Source of the DNA: a virus
Lineage: Duplodnaviria; Heunggongvirae; Uroviricota; Caudoviricetes
DNA length: 42,586 bases
Virus record (IMG/VR): IMGVR_UViG_2541047870_000002
Strand: one strand, 5' to 3'
Position numbers and translations under genes: made by a program. Positions within the stretch are counted from its first letter, which is position 1. Every line of letters starts with the position of its first letter. The notes under the pieces are model-generated. The model did no database searches, had not been told where the DNA came from, and worked only from the letters and a program-made list of their open reading frames with translations. Below, piece after piece: positions 8,091-17,350 of this stretch.

Positions 8091-8648
8091 GTGGGTAAGC
8101 ATCACTGGAAAATAGAAAAACAGCCTGAGTGGTACGTGAAAGCTGTCAGAAAAACTATCGCGGCGTTGCCGGGGGGTTACGCTGAAGCCGCTGACTGGCT
8201 GGATGTAACAGAGAACGCTTTATTCAACCGCCTTCGTGCAGATGGCGATCAGATTTTCCCGCTGGGATGGGCAATGGTTTTACAGCGTGCTGGTGGCACT
8301 CACTTCATTGCTGATGCTGTGGCGCAGTCTGCAAATGGCGTCTTTGTGTCTCTTCCTGACGTCGAGGATGTGGACAACGCCGATATTAACCAGCGTCTGC
8401 TGGAAGTCATTGAACAGATCGGCAGTTATTCAAAACAGATTCGTTCAGCAATCGAAGACGGTGTAGTGGAACCGCATGAGAAGACAGCAATTAACGACGA
8501 GCTGTATCTCTCAATTTCGAAGCTGCAGGAACATGCAGCACTTGTCTACAAAATTTTTTGCATTTCAGAAAGTAATGACGCCCGCGAGTGTGCAGCTCCG
8601 GGCGTCGTGGCGTCGATTGCTTCTGGTTGTGGAGAAACTAACGCATGA
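8091..8648 (+). CDS. CII-position regulatory protein (YmfL-like), function uncertain
   Basis: GTG start with AAGGAG RBS just after cro (ORF track 7986..8648); position equivalent to cII. Confidence 0.4.
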   Translation: MGKHHWKIEKQPEWYVKAVRKTIAALPGGYAEAADWLDVTENALFNRLRADGDQIFPLGWAMVLQRAGGTHFIADAVAQSANGVFVSLPDVEDVDNADINQRLLEVIEQIGSYSKQIRSAIEDGVVEPHEKTAINDELYLSISKLQEHAALVYKIFCISESNDARECAAPGVVASIASGCGETNA

Positions 8649-8983
8649 ACAGTTTAACAACACACTACCGTCGCTCGCAACTGATTGCGCTTCCTTTACC
8701 GGGTGGAAAAGCGAAGGTGGAGTATTGCTATGCAGTGAATGTACCAGGTGACAGGGAAATTGTAACCCACAGCTTTGCAGAGTGGGCTGTGGGTGATTTC
8801 AACCGGCAGAAGGAGACAGTCCTTTGCGACAAGTTAACCGCTGGTTCAAAGATCACTACGGAGTGCCCGTCAGAGTCATTCGTTGGGAACCGGAAACACA
8901 ACGGGTTATCTACCTTCGCGAAGGTTATGAGCATGAATGCTTCAGTCCGCTCGAACAGTTTCGTCGTAAATTCAGGGAAATAG
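8645..8983 (+). CDS. hypothetical protein (YmfM-like size and position)
   Basis: 112-aa ORF with ATGA start-stop overlap with upstream gene; an alternative small ORF with strong RBS exists in another frame at about 8824..9003. Confidence 0.35.
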   Translation: MNSLTTHYRRSQLIALPLPGGKAKVEYCYAVNVPGDREIVTHSFAEWAVGDFNRQKETVLCDKLTAGSKITTECPSESFVGNRKHNGLSTFAKVMSMNASVRSNSFVVNSGK

Positions 8984-8992
8984 AGGTCGGTC

Positions 8993-9934
8993 ATGAGCAC
9001 TAAATTAACCGGCTATGTATGGGATGGTTGCGCTGCATCAGGCATGAAGTTATCCAGCGTGGCAATTATGGCCCGCCTGGCTGATTTCAGTAATGACGAA
9101 GGTGTGTGCTGGCCATCAATTGAAACCATTGCCCGTCAGATTGGCGCGGGGATGAGTACCGTCAGAACGGCTATCGCACGGCTGGAAGCAGAAGGCTGGT
9201 TAACGCGTAAGGCGCGTCGCCAGGGTAACCGTAATGCGTCGAATGTTTATCAGCTTAACGTTGCGAAGCTTCAGGCAGCGGCATTTTCTCAACTGTCAGA
9301 TTCTGACCCGTCAAAATCTGACGCATCAAAATCTGACCCGTCAAAATTTGATGCGTCGAAATCTGGCAAAAAAGCGGGTTTTCACCCGTCAGAATCTGGC
9401 GGGGATCCGTCAGTAAAATCAAAACATGATCCGTCAGATAAAAAATCTTCTCGTCCGGACGCTTCGCAACCGGACACGCAGACGGATGGACAGGATTTTT
9501 TAACTCGCCATCCTGATGCGGTTGTATTCAGCCCTAAAAAGCGCCAGTGGGGGACGCAGGATGATTTGACCTGCGCACAGTGGCTTTGGAAAAAAATCAT
9601 CGCCCTGTACGAGCAGGCCGCCGAATGTGACGGCGAGGTGGTTCGTCCCAAAGAACCTAACTGGACAGCCTGGGCAAACGAAATTCGCCTGATGTGTGTG
9701 CAGGATGGTCGTACTCACAAACAAATCTGCGAGATGTACAGCCGCGTCAGCCGCGATCCGTTCTGGTGCCGTAACGTGCTCAGCCCGTCGAAGCTGCGGG
9801 AAAAATGGGATGAGCTTTCCCTGCGCTTATCGCCGTCCGTAAGCACGTACACCGAAAAACGCGAAGACCCGTACTTCAAATCCAGTTACGACAACGTGGA
9901 CTACAGCCAGATCCCGGCAGGATTCAGGGGGTGA
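8993..9934 (+). CDS. replication initiation protein (O-like; N-terminal winged-helix domain, low-complexity linker, C-terminal DnaT-like domain)
   Basis: N-terminal HTH-like segment; Ser/Asp/Lys-rich linker encoded by tandem DNA repeats; position after cro/cII. Confidence 0.65.
   Translation: MSTKLTGYVWDGCAASGMKLSSVAIMARLADFSNDEGVCWPSIETIARQIGAGMSTVRTAIARLEAEGWLTRKARRQGNRNASNVYQLNVAKLQAAAFSQLSDSDPSKSDASKSDPSKFDASKSGKKAGFHPSESGGDPSVKSKHDPSDKKSSRPDASQPDTQTDGQDFLTRHPDAVVFSPKKRQWGTQDDLTCAQWLWKKIIALYEQAAECDGEVVRPKEPNWTAWANEIRLMCVQDGRTHKQICEMYSRVSRDPFWCRNVLSPSKLREKWDELSLRLSPSVSTYTEKREDPYFKSSYDNVDYSQIPAGFRG
9296..9445 (+). repeat. iteron-like tandem repeats (about 15-bp period, core TCA(A/G)AATCTG) followed by A-rich tract: putative replication origin inside the O-like gene
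   Basis: Five contiguous 15-bp units at 9296-9370 plus three further CCGTCAG-type copies and aaaaaatc tract. Confidence 0.5.
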
Positions 9935-9936
9935 TC

Positions 9937-10425
9937 ATGAGTCTTTTGAATGAAGTTCAGAAATACATTGAAGCCCATCCGGGGTGTACTTCCGGAGACA
10001 TTGCGGATGCTTTTGCAGGTTACTCACGGCAGCGCGTTCTGCAGTCAGCAAGCAAGTTACGTCAGAGTGGTCGTGTGGCTCACCGTTGTGAAGGGGATAC
10101 ACGCAGACATTTCCCGCGCCTGACTGAGAGAGCGCAGGAGGCGGAACCGCAACCAGTTCGTGAAACCAGACCTGTGCGCAATTTCTATGTCGGCACTAAC
10201 GACCCGCGGGAGATTTTGTGCCTGACCCGCCAGGCTGAAGAACTGGAGTCCAGGGGCTTATACCGTCGTGCTGCAACGGTGTGGATGGCGGCATTCCGTG
10301 AAAGCCACTCCCAGCCAGAACGAAACAATTTTCTGGCGCGTCGTGAGCGGTGCTTACGGAAAAGCAGCAAGCGCGCTGCATCGGGTGAAGAGTGGTATCT
10401 GTCAGGGAATTACGTGGGGGCTTAA
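9937..10425 (+). CDS. PerC-family-like transcriptional regulator
   Basis: Motif AEELESRGLYRRAATVWMAAF resembles the PerC signature; start at ATG with AGGGGG RBS. Confidence 0.4.
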   Translation: MSLLNEVQKYIEAHPGCTSGDIADAFAGYSRQRVLQSASKLRQSGRVAHRCEGDTRRHFPRLTERAQEAEPQPVRETRPVRNFYVGTNDPREILCLTRQAEELESRGLYRRAATVWMAAFRESHSQPERNNFLARRERCLRKSSKRAASGEEWYLSGNYVGA

Positions 10426-10751
10426 TGACGACGTTAACTCAATGCCAGCAGCAGGTGCTGGATATGCTGATTTCTTATCAGAAAGAACGTGGCTTCCCGC
10501 CAACCAATCAGGAGGTGGCAACCATGCTGGGATACCGTTCGGTGAATGCAGCGGTGGAGCATCTTCGTGCGCTGGAGAAAAAAGGCGTCATCACGATAAA
10601 GCGTGGCGTGGCCCGGGGGATAACGCTTCATACCGCGGTGAAGGACGACGACAGCGAGGCGGTCGGGATTATCCGCTCACTGCTTGCCGGTGAGGAAAAC
10701 GCCAGGCTGCGTGCAGCCCACTGGTTACATGAGAGGGGCCTGAAAGTATGA
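10425..10751 (+). CDS. LexA N-terminal DNA-binding-domain protein (no peptidase domain)
   Basis: MTTLTQCQQQVLDMLISYQKERGFPPTNQEVATMLGYRSVNAAVEHLRALEKKGVI closely parallels the LexA winged-helix domain. Confidence 0.6.
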   Translation: MTTLTQCQQQVLDMLISYQKERGFPPTNQEVATMLGYRSVNAAVEHLRALEKKGVITIKRGVARGITLHTAVKDDDSEAVGIIRSLLAGEENARLRAAHWLHERGLKV

Positions 10752-11136
10752 AGCTTATTCTGCCTTTTCCGCCCAGCGTGAACACGTACTGGCGACACCC
10801 CAACAAAGGGGCGTTTGCTGGTAAGAGCCTGATAAGCACGGCGGGGCGAAAATTCCAGAGCGCGGCGTGCGCAGCAATAGTTGAGCAGTTACGTCGTCTG
10901 CCGAAACCAACGTCGGCACCTGCTGCGGTGGAGATCGTGTTGTTTCCACCGGATAACCGGATCCGCGATCTGGACAACTATAACAAGGCGCTGTTTGACG
11001 CCCTGACCCACGCGGGGTGTGGGAAGACGACAGTCAGGTGAAAAGAATGCTGGTGGAGTGGGGACCGGTTATCCCGGAAGGGAAGGTCGAGATCACTATC
11101 AGTAAGTACGAGAAAACGGCGGGTGCAGCCGCCTGA
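10748..11136 (+). pseudogene. rusA: RusA Holliday-junction resolvase, interrupted by a 1-nt frameshift in a G-run near 11014
   Basis: N-terminal 90 aa match RusA (…RDLDNYNKALFDALT…); C-terminal part continues in the +1 frame to a stop at about 11134-11136. Confidence 0.6.
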
Positions 11137-11155
11137 TCAAGAGGAGAAACGAAGT

Positions 11156-11953
11156 ATGAATAATCTGATGGTCATTGATGGTATTGAAGTTCGTCGTGAT
11201 GCTTATGGGCGTTACAGCCTGAACGATCTGCACAGGGCTGCCGGTTCTCTGGATAAGCATAAGCCTGCATTCTGGCTCCGCAATGAGCAAACTGAACGTT
11301 TAATAAGCGAGTTGCAGATTTGCAACTCGGTCAATATAGAGCCAGTTAACGTTATTCGTGGCGGAAATAACCAGGGGACGTATGTCTGCAAAGAACTGGT
11401 GTATGCCTATGCAATGTGGATCAGCCCGTCATTCCATCTGAAGGTGATCCGTACTTTCGACATGGTAACCAGCGCACCGGAAAAATTATCCGGACAGGCT
11501 GCTGACAAGATGCAGGCTGGTGTGATTCTGCTGGACTTTATGCGCCGGGAATTAAACCTGTCTAACTCTTCAGTGCTTGGTGCCTGTCAGAAGCTTCAGG
11601 AGGCTGTTGGCTTACCGAATCTGGCACCGCGCTATGCCATTGATGCTCCTGCTGACGCGCCTGATGGCTCAAGTCGCCCGACACTGTCACTGAGTGCACT
11701 GCTGAAACAGTATGGTATCTGCCTGACGGCTAATCAGGCATATCACCAGATGGCGAAGCTGGGGATCGTTGAACAACGCGAACGATACAGCCGTAGCGCG
11801 ATTAACAACATCAAAAAATTCTGGTCGCTGACGGCGAAAGGCTGCATGTTCGGCAAGAACATCACCAGTCCCGCAAATCCGCGCGAGACGCAGCCGCATT
11901 TCTTCGAATCCCGATTCCCTGAGCTGTTAAAGCTGCTCGATACCGTTCATTGA
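11156..11953 (+). CDS. KilA-N domain protein (antirepressor-like)
   Basis: N-terminal KilA-N-like segment; GAGGAG RBS; ORF track 11123..11953. Confidence 0.55.
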   Translation: MNNLMVIDGIEVRRDAYGRYSLNDLHRAAGSLDKHKPAFWLRNEQTERLISELQICNSVNIEPVNVIRGGNNQGTYVCKELVYAYAMWISPSFHLKVIRTFDMVTSAPEKLSGQAADKMQAGVILLDFMRRELNLSNSSVLGACQKLQEAVGLPNLAPRYAIDAPADAPDGSSRPTLSLSALLKQYGICLTANQAYHQMAKLGIVEQRERYSRSAINNIKKFWSLTAKGCMFGKNITSPANPRETQPHFFESRFPELLKLLDTVH

Positions 11954-11954
11954 G

Positions 11955-12950
11955 GTGACCGTGAGAGCACTACTGACCCCTGAAATTGCCCCGCGTATGG
12001 GGATCGTATTGTTCAGGCCAGGTTCAGAGCTGATGCCCCTGTTTATGCAGGGGCGTGTCCTGCTGGAGCCTGAGCCGGAGCGTTATTCATCTTTCGCCAG
12101 TGGTGCCGTTCCGGCGGCATCACAACCGCTGGCGGATGATCCTGCCGTTCGGGCCGTGTTCCGCAATGAGGCAGTGATCCGTCGTGCTGGTGGCGTGGAA
12201 TGTCTTGAAAGCTGGTTACTTCGTGAAAAAGGCTGCCAGTGGCCTCATTCCAACTGGCACAGCGAGAACATGACCACAATGCGACACGCGCCTGGCGCAA
12301 TCCGTCTGTGCTGGCACTGCGATAACCAACTGCGCGATCAGTTCACGGAACGGCTGGAATCAATGGCAACGGATAACTGTGCCCGCTGGGTGTTGTCTGT
12401 TGTGCGTCGGGATCTCGGTTTTGATGATAGTCACGTTGTGACAATGCCGGAACTGTGCTGGTGGCTGGTTCGTAATGATCTGGCGGATGCCTTACCGGAA
12501 AGCGCAGCCCGTAAGGCACTGAGATTACCGAAGCCTGTTGTGCCGTCTGTCACCCGGGAAAGTGACCTTGTGCCTTCGGTTCCAGCCACCAGCATCATGC
12601 AGGATAAAGCGAAAAAGGTGCTGGCGCTGAAAGTGGAGCCGGAGTCGCCGGAGTCTTTTATGTTACGCCCCAAACGTCGCCGCTGGGTTAATGAAAAGTA
12701 CACGCGCTGGGTTAAGACACAGCCGTGTGCATGTTGTGGAAAGCCTGCTGATGATCCCCACCACCTGATAGGCCACGGTCAGGGGGGAATGAGTACAAAA
12801 GCGCATGACCTCTTTGTGTTGCCTTTGTGCAGAAAGCATCACGACGAGCTGCATGCGGATACCGTGGCATTTGAAGAGAAGTATGGCTCCCAGCTGGAGC
12901 TGATATTTCGTTTTATCGACCGTGTGTTGGCAATTGGTGTGCTAGCCTGA
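11955..12950 (+). CDS. DUF968-like protein with C-terminal Cys/His nuclease-like motif
   Basis: C-terminal CACCGK…HHLIGHGQGG…CRKHHDELH cluster; GTG start. Confidence 0.45.
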   Translation: MTVRALLTPEIAPRMGIVLFRPGSELMPLFMQGRVLLEPEPERYSSFASGAVPAASQPLADDPAVRAVFRNEAVIRRAGGVECLESWLLREKGCQWPHSNWHSENMTTMRHAPGAIRLCWHCDNQLRDQFTERLESMATDNCARWVLSVVRRDLGFDDSHVVTMPELCWWLVRNDLADALPESAARKALRLPKPVVPSVTRESDLVPSVPATSIMQDKAKKVLALKVEPESPESFMLRPKRRRWVNEKYTRWVKTQPCACCGKPADDPHHLIGHGQGGMSTKAHDLFVLPLCRKHHDELHADTVAFEEKYGSQLELIFRFIDRVLAIGVLA

Positions 12951-12964
12951 TTTGGTGGAGAAAG

Positions 12965-13333
12965 TTGATGCGTGATATTCAGATGGTTCTGGAGCGTTGG
13001 GGGGCATGGGCGGCGAGTGATAGTTCAGGCGTTGATTATTCACCTATAGCCGCTGGGTTTAAGGGACTTCTTCCCTATACAAGCAAGAAACGCTTGGCTT
13101 GTTCGGATAGTGATGCCTTAATTATTGAAGGTTGTCTTGCTCGTCTAAAGCAAAAAAGGCCGGACGAACATTCGCTTCTTGTTGCCCATTACCTATACGG
13201 TATCTCTAAAAGAAAGCTCGCCAAGGCTCGTAAAAAAGATGAGAAATTGATACGTATAGAAATACAGCTAGCCGAAGGATTTATTGATGGCTGCCTTTCC
13301 ATGCTAGATCTAACATTAGATTTGGACGTTTAA
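12965..13333 (+). CDS. Q: late-gene antiterminator Q (QuuD-like small Q family)
   Basis: N-terminus MRDIQMVLERWGAWAA matches from memory the DLP12 QuuD family; located just upstream of the lysis region. Confidence 0.7.
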   Translation: MMRDIQMVLERWGAWAASDSSGVDYSPIAAGFKGLLPYTSKKRLACSDSDALIIEGCLARLKQKRPDEHSLLVAHYLYGISKRKLAKARKKDEKLIRIEIQLAEGFIDGCLSMLDLTLDLDV

Positions 13334-13334
13334 T

Positions 13335-13359
13335 AATACGCCCCTGCATGGGGCGTATT
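13335..13359. terminator. perfect 10-bp hairpin (AATACGCCCC/GGGGCGTATT) between convergent Q and NTPase genes; likely bidirectional terminator
   Basis: Inverted repeat with 5-nt loop, flanked by T/A-rich sequence on both sides. Confidence 0.5.
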
Positions 13360-13361
13360 AT

Positions 13362-14693
13362 TTACTGGATGAGTGACATTTGATTAATATATTTTATCAA
13401 TAACTCTCTGGGTGTAGTACTCCAAAAATTTATGTGTTCATAATCAGTATAAACATTTGTGAATTTTTTAAGTTCTTCATCACTTTTAGGGGCAAATCGC
13501 TCATTAAGAGTAATACTGTCTTTAATTATTCCGAAGAATACAATGGATATTTCAGGGATTTGCGATCTTCTCTCATAAGAATAAGGTATTTCTTTTATGT
13601 TAAGCAGGTCTGCTAAATAAGATATAGATTCAGCGGTAATTTCTTGTTTTAGTTTTTCCTTGTTACCAAAGCAATGTATGAAGGCAGCTACGACAAAGAT
13701 CATATTTATTAAAGGATCACTGCTTTTGTTCTCATCGTCGTTTAACAGTTGAAAAATGTTAAGATTGCGTGAAAATGTTTGTGTTTCACGTAATGATAAG
13801 TTGGTTCGTTGAATTAAATCACGGATAAAGCAACCTGATAATCTATTGATTTTATTCAATAATCTTGTTTTTTCTACAAGGTAATCCCAATATATAACAG
13901 AGGCTTTACATACGTTGTGACCATTTATCAAACATGTATCTGGAAGCGTGATGGTATATTTTATAAACTTGTCAAGATACTTTTGTGAGTTAATGCTATA
14001 ACCATAAATATGATTTATAGATGCTTTTAATTGTTCTGTGTTTGTAACTAAAATAAAAAAGACATTATTGATGTCAAAAATGTGTTTTATTGTTTCAATG
14101 ACATTTGTTGAAAAACTCGGCTTACATCGGTCTAATTCATCAATTATAATTACGATTTTTTGATTTTTTGATATGCTTTCGATGCAGGATTTAAGTGAAT
14201 TTATGTTTTTCTCTGAGTCCATATGGTCTTCAAGCAAATTTTCAATAGTCCCATCTATTGCTGCATTGCTTGCTTTCTTCATCGCATCTTGGAATTCTTC
14301 GGCAACTTCACTAGCCTCCTGTCGTAAAAACCAACCTGCACCAGCTTTTAGTACCGTTTTTAAACCAAAGCGAATTGCAGGAAGAGATCGCTTAATGAAG
14401 TGTTGTTTTTCTTCCTCAGGCAAAATGCTGGCAATTGCAGAGGTTATGAGAAGTAATGGAGATTCTGCATGATCCCCTTTAAAGGCATCAATATAAACAA
14501 CTTTAGATTCAGTTTCTTGCTCAATAATGAGATTTTTCAGTTTGATACTAAATTCTGTTTTCCCTGTTCCCCATGCGCCGTCTATTACCAGTGGTGAAAT
14601 GTCTGCCTCTGGTTTTAGCAACTTGATGATATTTTCAGCGATGTTTCTTCGTTGGAACTCGTCACGTTCAGTGAAAGATAGTGTATCTAACAT
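13362..14693 (-). CDS. KAP-family P-loop NTPase (moron between Q and late promoter)
   Basis: Walker A LVIDGAWGTGKT and Walker B IIIDELDRC (the DELDR/DDLDR form typical of KAP NTPases); very AT-rich; reverse orientation. Confidence 0.65.
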   Translation of the reverse strand: MLDTLSFTERDEFQRRNIAENIIKLLKPEADISPLVIDGAWGTGKTEFSIKLKNLIIEQETESKVVYIDAFKGDHAESPLLLITSAIASILPEEEKQHFIKRSLPAIRFGLKTVLKAGAGWFLRQEASEVAEEFQDAMKKASNAAIDGTIENLLEDHMDSEKNINSLKSCIESISKNQKIVIIIDELDRCKPSFSTNVIETIKHIFDINNVFFILVTNTEQLKASINHIYGYSINSQKYLDKFIKYTITLPDTCLINGHNVCKASVIYWDYLVEKTRLLNKINRLSGCFIRDLIQRTNLSLRETQTFSRNLNIFQLLNDDENKSSDPLINMIFVVAAFIHCFGNKEKLKQEITAESISYLADLLNIKEIPYSYERRSQIPEISIVFFGIIKDSITLNERFAPKSDEELKKFTNVYTDYEHINFWSTTPRELLIKYINQMSLIQ

Positions 14694-14754
14694 AATATAA
14701 ACCTATTAACTCCTACAGTAAAAAACGAATAATACGACTTTGGGATTAAAAATC

Positions 14755-14790
14755 ATTAACGCGGTCCGCAAAAATTCTTGTAATCTGTTA
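14755..14790 (+). promoter_or_regulatory. candidate late promoter (pR'-like), weak assignment
   Basis: TTAACG, 17 bp, TGTAAT upstream of a strong terminator and the holin gene. Confidence 0.25.
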
Positions 14791-14815
14791 AGAGTGGTTA
14801 CTTCGCCACACAGCT

Positions 14816-14846
14816 TAAACCCGCCGTCGAGCGGGTTTTGTCGTTT
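14816..14846 (+). terminator. intrinsic terminator (tR'-like) upstream of lysis genes; Q would need to read through it
   Basis: Perfect 8-bp stem AAACCCGC/GCGGGTTT, 6-nt loop, followed by TTTTGTCGTTTC. Confidence 0.55.
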
Positions 14847-14990
14847 CTGGGCTTTGGTATTCGTTGGGCTTGGTCTATCTAGCTCTTATCCATTGGCTCG
14901 GCTTCTTTTACGTTTCCGCTTCTGATTTGCGGTTCGTGGTACTCCCTCAATTTGCACCTCTTGTATCGGCGAGGTGAGAGATAACTACAA

Positions 14991-15317
14991 ATGCCTCATA
15001 ACCCAAATACCTGGCTGGAGTTGGTCCAGAGCTGGTGGCGTGGAGACACACCGCTGGGCGCAGTGATTATGTCGATTGTTATGGCTGGTTTACGTATCGC
15101 CTATTTTGGCGGTGGTGGCGGTTGGAAGCGAAAAACACTCGAAATTCTACTCTGTGGCGCTCTGACGCTGACTTTTGCATCCGCTCTTGAGTATGTCGGA
15201 TGGCCTAAATCACTATCTGTTGCCATTGGTGGTGGGGTGGGGCTGATCGGTGTCGATGCTATTCGTGGGGCTGCAATGCGAGTAATCGGTAACAAATTTG
15301 GTGGCTCTAAGGAGTAA
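14991..15317 (+). CDS. holin
   Basis: 108 aa with three hydrophobic segments and charged C-terminus, immediately upstream of endolysin. Confidence 0.7.
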   Translation: MPHNPNTWLELVQSWWRGDTPLGAVIMSIVMAGLRIAYFGGGGGWKRKTLEILLCGALTLTFASALEYVGWPKSLSVAIGGGVGLIGVDAIRGAAMRVIGNKFGGSKE

Positions 15318-15320
15318 TTT

Positions 15321-15797
15321 ATGCAGGTACTAAATTCCCAGCGTAAAGCTTTCTTGGATATGGTGGCATGGTCAGAAGGAACGGATAACGGGCGACAACC
15401 GACACGTAACCACGGTTATGACGTTATTGTTGGTGGTGAACTGTTTACTGATTACTCCGATCATCCTCACAAACTTGTCACGCTAAACCCGAAACTTAAA
15501 TCAACAGCTGCCGGACGTTATCAGCTTCTTTCCCGTTGGTGGGATGCTTACCGTAAACAGCTTGGTTTGAAAGACTTCTCCCCCAAAAGCCAGGACGCTG
15601 TGGCATTGCAGCAGATTAAAGAGCGTGGCGCTTTACCGATGATTGATCGCGGTGATATCCGTCAGGCAATCGACCGTTGCAGCAATATCTGGGCTTCACT
15701 GCCGGGCGCTGGTTACGGTCAGTATGAACATAAAATCGGTGACCTGATTGCCCGATTTAAAGAGGCTGGTGGGGTGGTAAATGAAGTTGAGCTATAA
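15321..15797 (+). CDS. R: endolysin, lambda R-type lytic transglycosylase
   Basis: Near-identical over most of its length to lambda R as recalled (…QRKAFLDMVAWSEGTDNGRQPTRNHGYDVIVGGELFTDYSDHP…). Confidence 0.9.
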   Translation: MQVLNSQRKAFLDMVAWSEGTDNGRQPTRNHGYDVIVGGELFTDYSDHPHKLVTLNPKLKSTAAGRYQLLSRWWDAYRKQLGLKDFSPKSQDAVALQQIKERGALPMIDRGDIRQAIDRCSNIWASLPGAGYGQYEHKIGDLIARFKEAGGVVNEVEL

Positions 15798-16248
15798 GTT
15801 GGTTATCGCTGCTTTCTTCGTTACTGTCATTGGTTCTTTTATCTTTTCAGCGAATCATTACCACAATAAAGCCATTGAATACAAAAAGCAGCGCGACGAA
15901 AACGCAATGGCATTAGATTCGGCTATGGCGACGCTCTCTGATATGCAGAAGCGTCAACGTGACGTAGCAGAACTTGACGCCAGATATACAAAGGAGCTTG
16001 CTGATGCTAACGCGACTATCGAAAGTCTCCGTGCTGATGTTTCTGCTGGCCGTAAGTGGCTGCGCGTCAAAGCAGTCTGTCCCGACATGCATAAAATCAC
16101 CGCCGCCTCCGGCGTGGATGATGGCTCCAGCCCCAGACTTACTGACACCGCTCAACGGGATTATTTCGTTCTCAGAGAGCGCATTGAAACCATAACTAAC
16201 CAATTGAATGGCCTGCAAGAGTATGTGAGATCACAGTGTTCATATTAG
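15781..16248 (+). CDS. Rz: i-spanin Rz
   Basis: N-terminal TM segment, coiled-coil, lambda Rz-like motifs (QRDVAELDARYTKELADA…RKWLRVKAVC). Confidence 0.85.
   Translation: MKLSYKLVIAAFFVTVIGSFIFSANHYHNKAIEYKKQRDENAMALDSAMATLSDMQKRQRDVAELDARYTKELADANATIESLRADVSAGRKWLRVKAVCPDMHKITAASGVDDGSSPRLTDTAQRDYFVLRERIETITNQLNGLQEYVRSQCSY
16037..16195 (+). CDS. Rz1: o-spanin Rz1 lipoprotein, embedded in +1 frame of Rz
   Basis: Lipobox LAVSGC, proline-rich PPPPAW motif as in lambda Rz1; start set to internal Met of track ORF 15974..16195. Confidence 0.75.
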   Translation: MFLLAVSGCASKQSVPTCIKSPPPPAWMMAPAPDLLTPLNGIISFSESALKP

Positions 16249-16286
16249 AAAAGTCTTACCATAAGATTTTTGTATATGGATGCATT

Positions 16287-16661
16287 ATGTCTCAATACGC
16301 GCGTGCTGCTTTAATTGCTTATTATTTGGTTGCTGATAATTCATTATCCCCTCGTGATGCATGGGAGGCTGCTGTCGCTGAGGTTACAGAAAGCGAATCG
16401 GCAAGAAAGAAAGGATGCCCAAGGGCAACGTTTCTCGCTCTGACGGATAGCGGTTATCTGAAGAATGTAAAACCACAGCATGGGGAGAGAAAGGTCGGTA
16501 AGTTGTACCAAAGGGCAATTGAAGTTGCGAATCTGATTCTTGATTTGCCCGGAATCAGCAAAGCTGAGTTAGTTGATAAAACTTGCTATAAAGACAGGCA
16601 AGGGTCTTATGACATTGTTCTGACACTCGCTCAGTACGGATTTCTTCAACGTCCTCAGTAA
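16287..16661 (+). CDS. hypothetical protein
   Basis: 124-aa ORF after the lysis cassette (track 16236..16661, start moved to internal ATG); no motif recognised. Confidence 0.4.
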   Translation: MSQYARAALIAYYLVADNSLSPRDAWEAAVAEVTESESARKKGCPRATFLALTDSGYLKNVKPQHGERKVGKLYQRAIEVANLILDLPGISKAELVDKTCYKDRQGSYDIVLTLAQYGFLQRPQ

Positions 16662-16852
16662 GATATCAAGTGATTTATGGCCTCGCTTTTAGCGGGGCTT
16701 TTTCACATCTGAATTTCACTGCGCACCCCACGCGCACATTATCACCCGAGCCTTTCAGAAAGTTGAGCCTGAGAACTGCCGTATATGGTGGCGACCATCT
16801 CGGGGCGGCTTTTCTGTGGGGCAGGCTCAATTTTCTAAAAGGTAAAAGCGCT

Positions 16853-17350
16853 ATGAAAGCAATCACGCTTTTTAATACACCGATCCGTGTTGATGAATCA
16901 GGAATGATCTGCCTCACTGACATGTGGAAAGCTAGTGGTAAAAGTGAATCTGAATCGCCGTACCACTACCTGCGAAACAAGCAGACCAAAGAGTTCTTGG
17001 CTGAGCTGGAGAAAAACCACGAATCTGTGGTTTTTACGGAACGCGGTGTGCACGGTGGAACTTATGGAGGAAAGTTCGTTGCTTATGATTACGCAGCATG
17101 GCTAAACCCTGAATTTAAATATGCAGCCTATAAAGTCCTCGATGACTACTTCACCGGAGAGCTTCAGCATCGCAGCAGCTTAAGTGCACAGCTCAATATG
17201 AAGTGTCACGAGTTTGATCAGAAGAAAGATATGGCGAGCTTTTGCGGGCAGGGACTGGCTGCTTGGCGTTACACCAAGCCAGTTCTGATGGCTGAAATTA
17301 GTAACCTGGCTACCCAGCTGCAGCTCACAATACCCGGGCTGCATTCATAA
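16853..17350 (+). CDS. KilA-N domain protein
   Basis: N-terminal KilA-N-like segment; AAAGG RBS; the upstream part of track ORF 16670..17350 is implausible. Confidence 0.5.
   Translation: MKAITLFNTPIRVDESGMICLTDMWKASGKSESESPYHYLRNKQTKEFLAELEKNHESVVFTERGVHGGTYGGKFVAYDYAAWLNPEFKYAAYKVLDDYFTGELQHRSSLSAQLNMKCHEFDQKKDMASFCGQGLAAWRYTKPVLMAEISNLATQLQLTIPGLHS

Noticed and set aside
9296-9445. CRISPR-like array
   Set aside because: Repeats are only about 15 bp, contiguous without spacers, in-frame inside a coding region and there are no cas genes; interpreted as iterons/coding repeat
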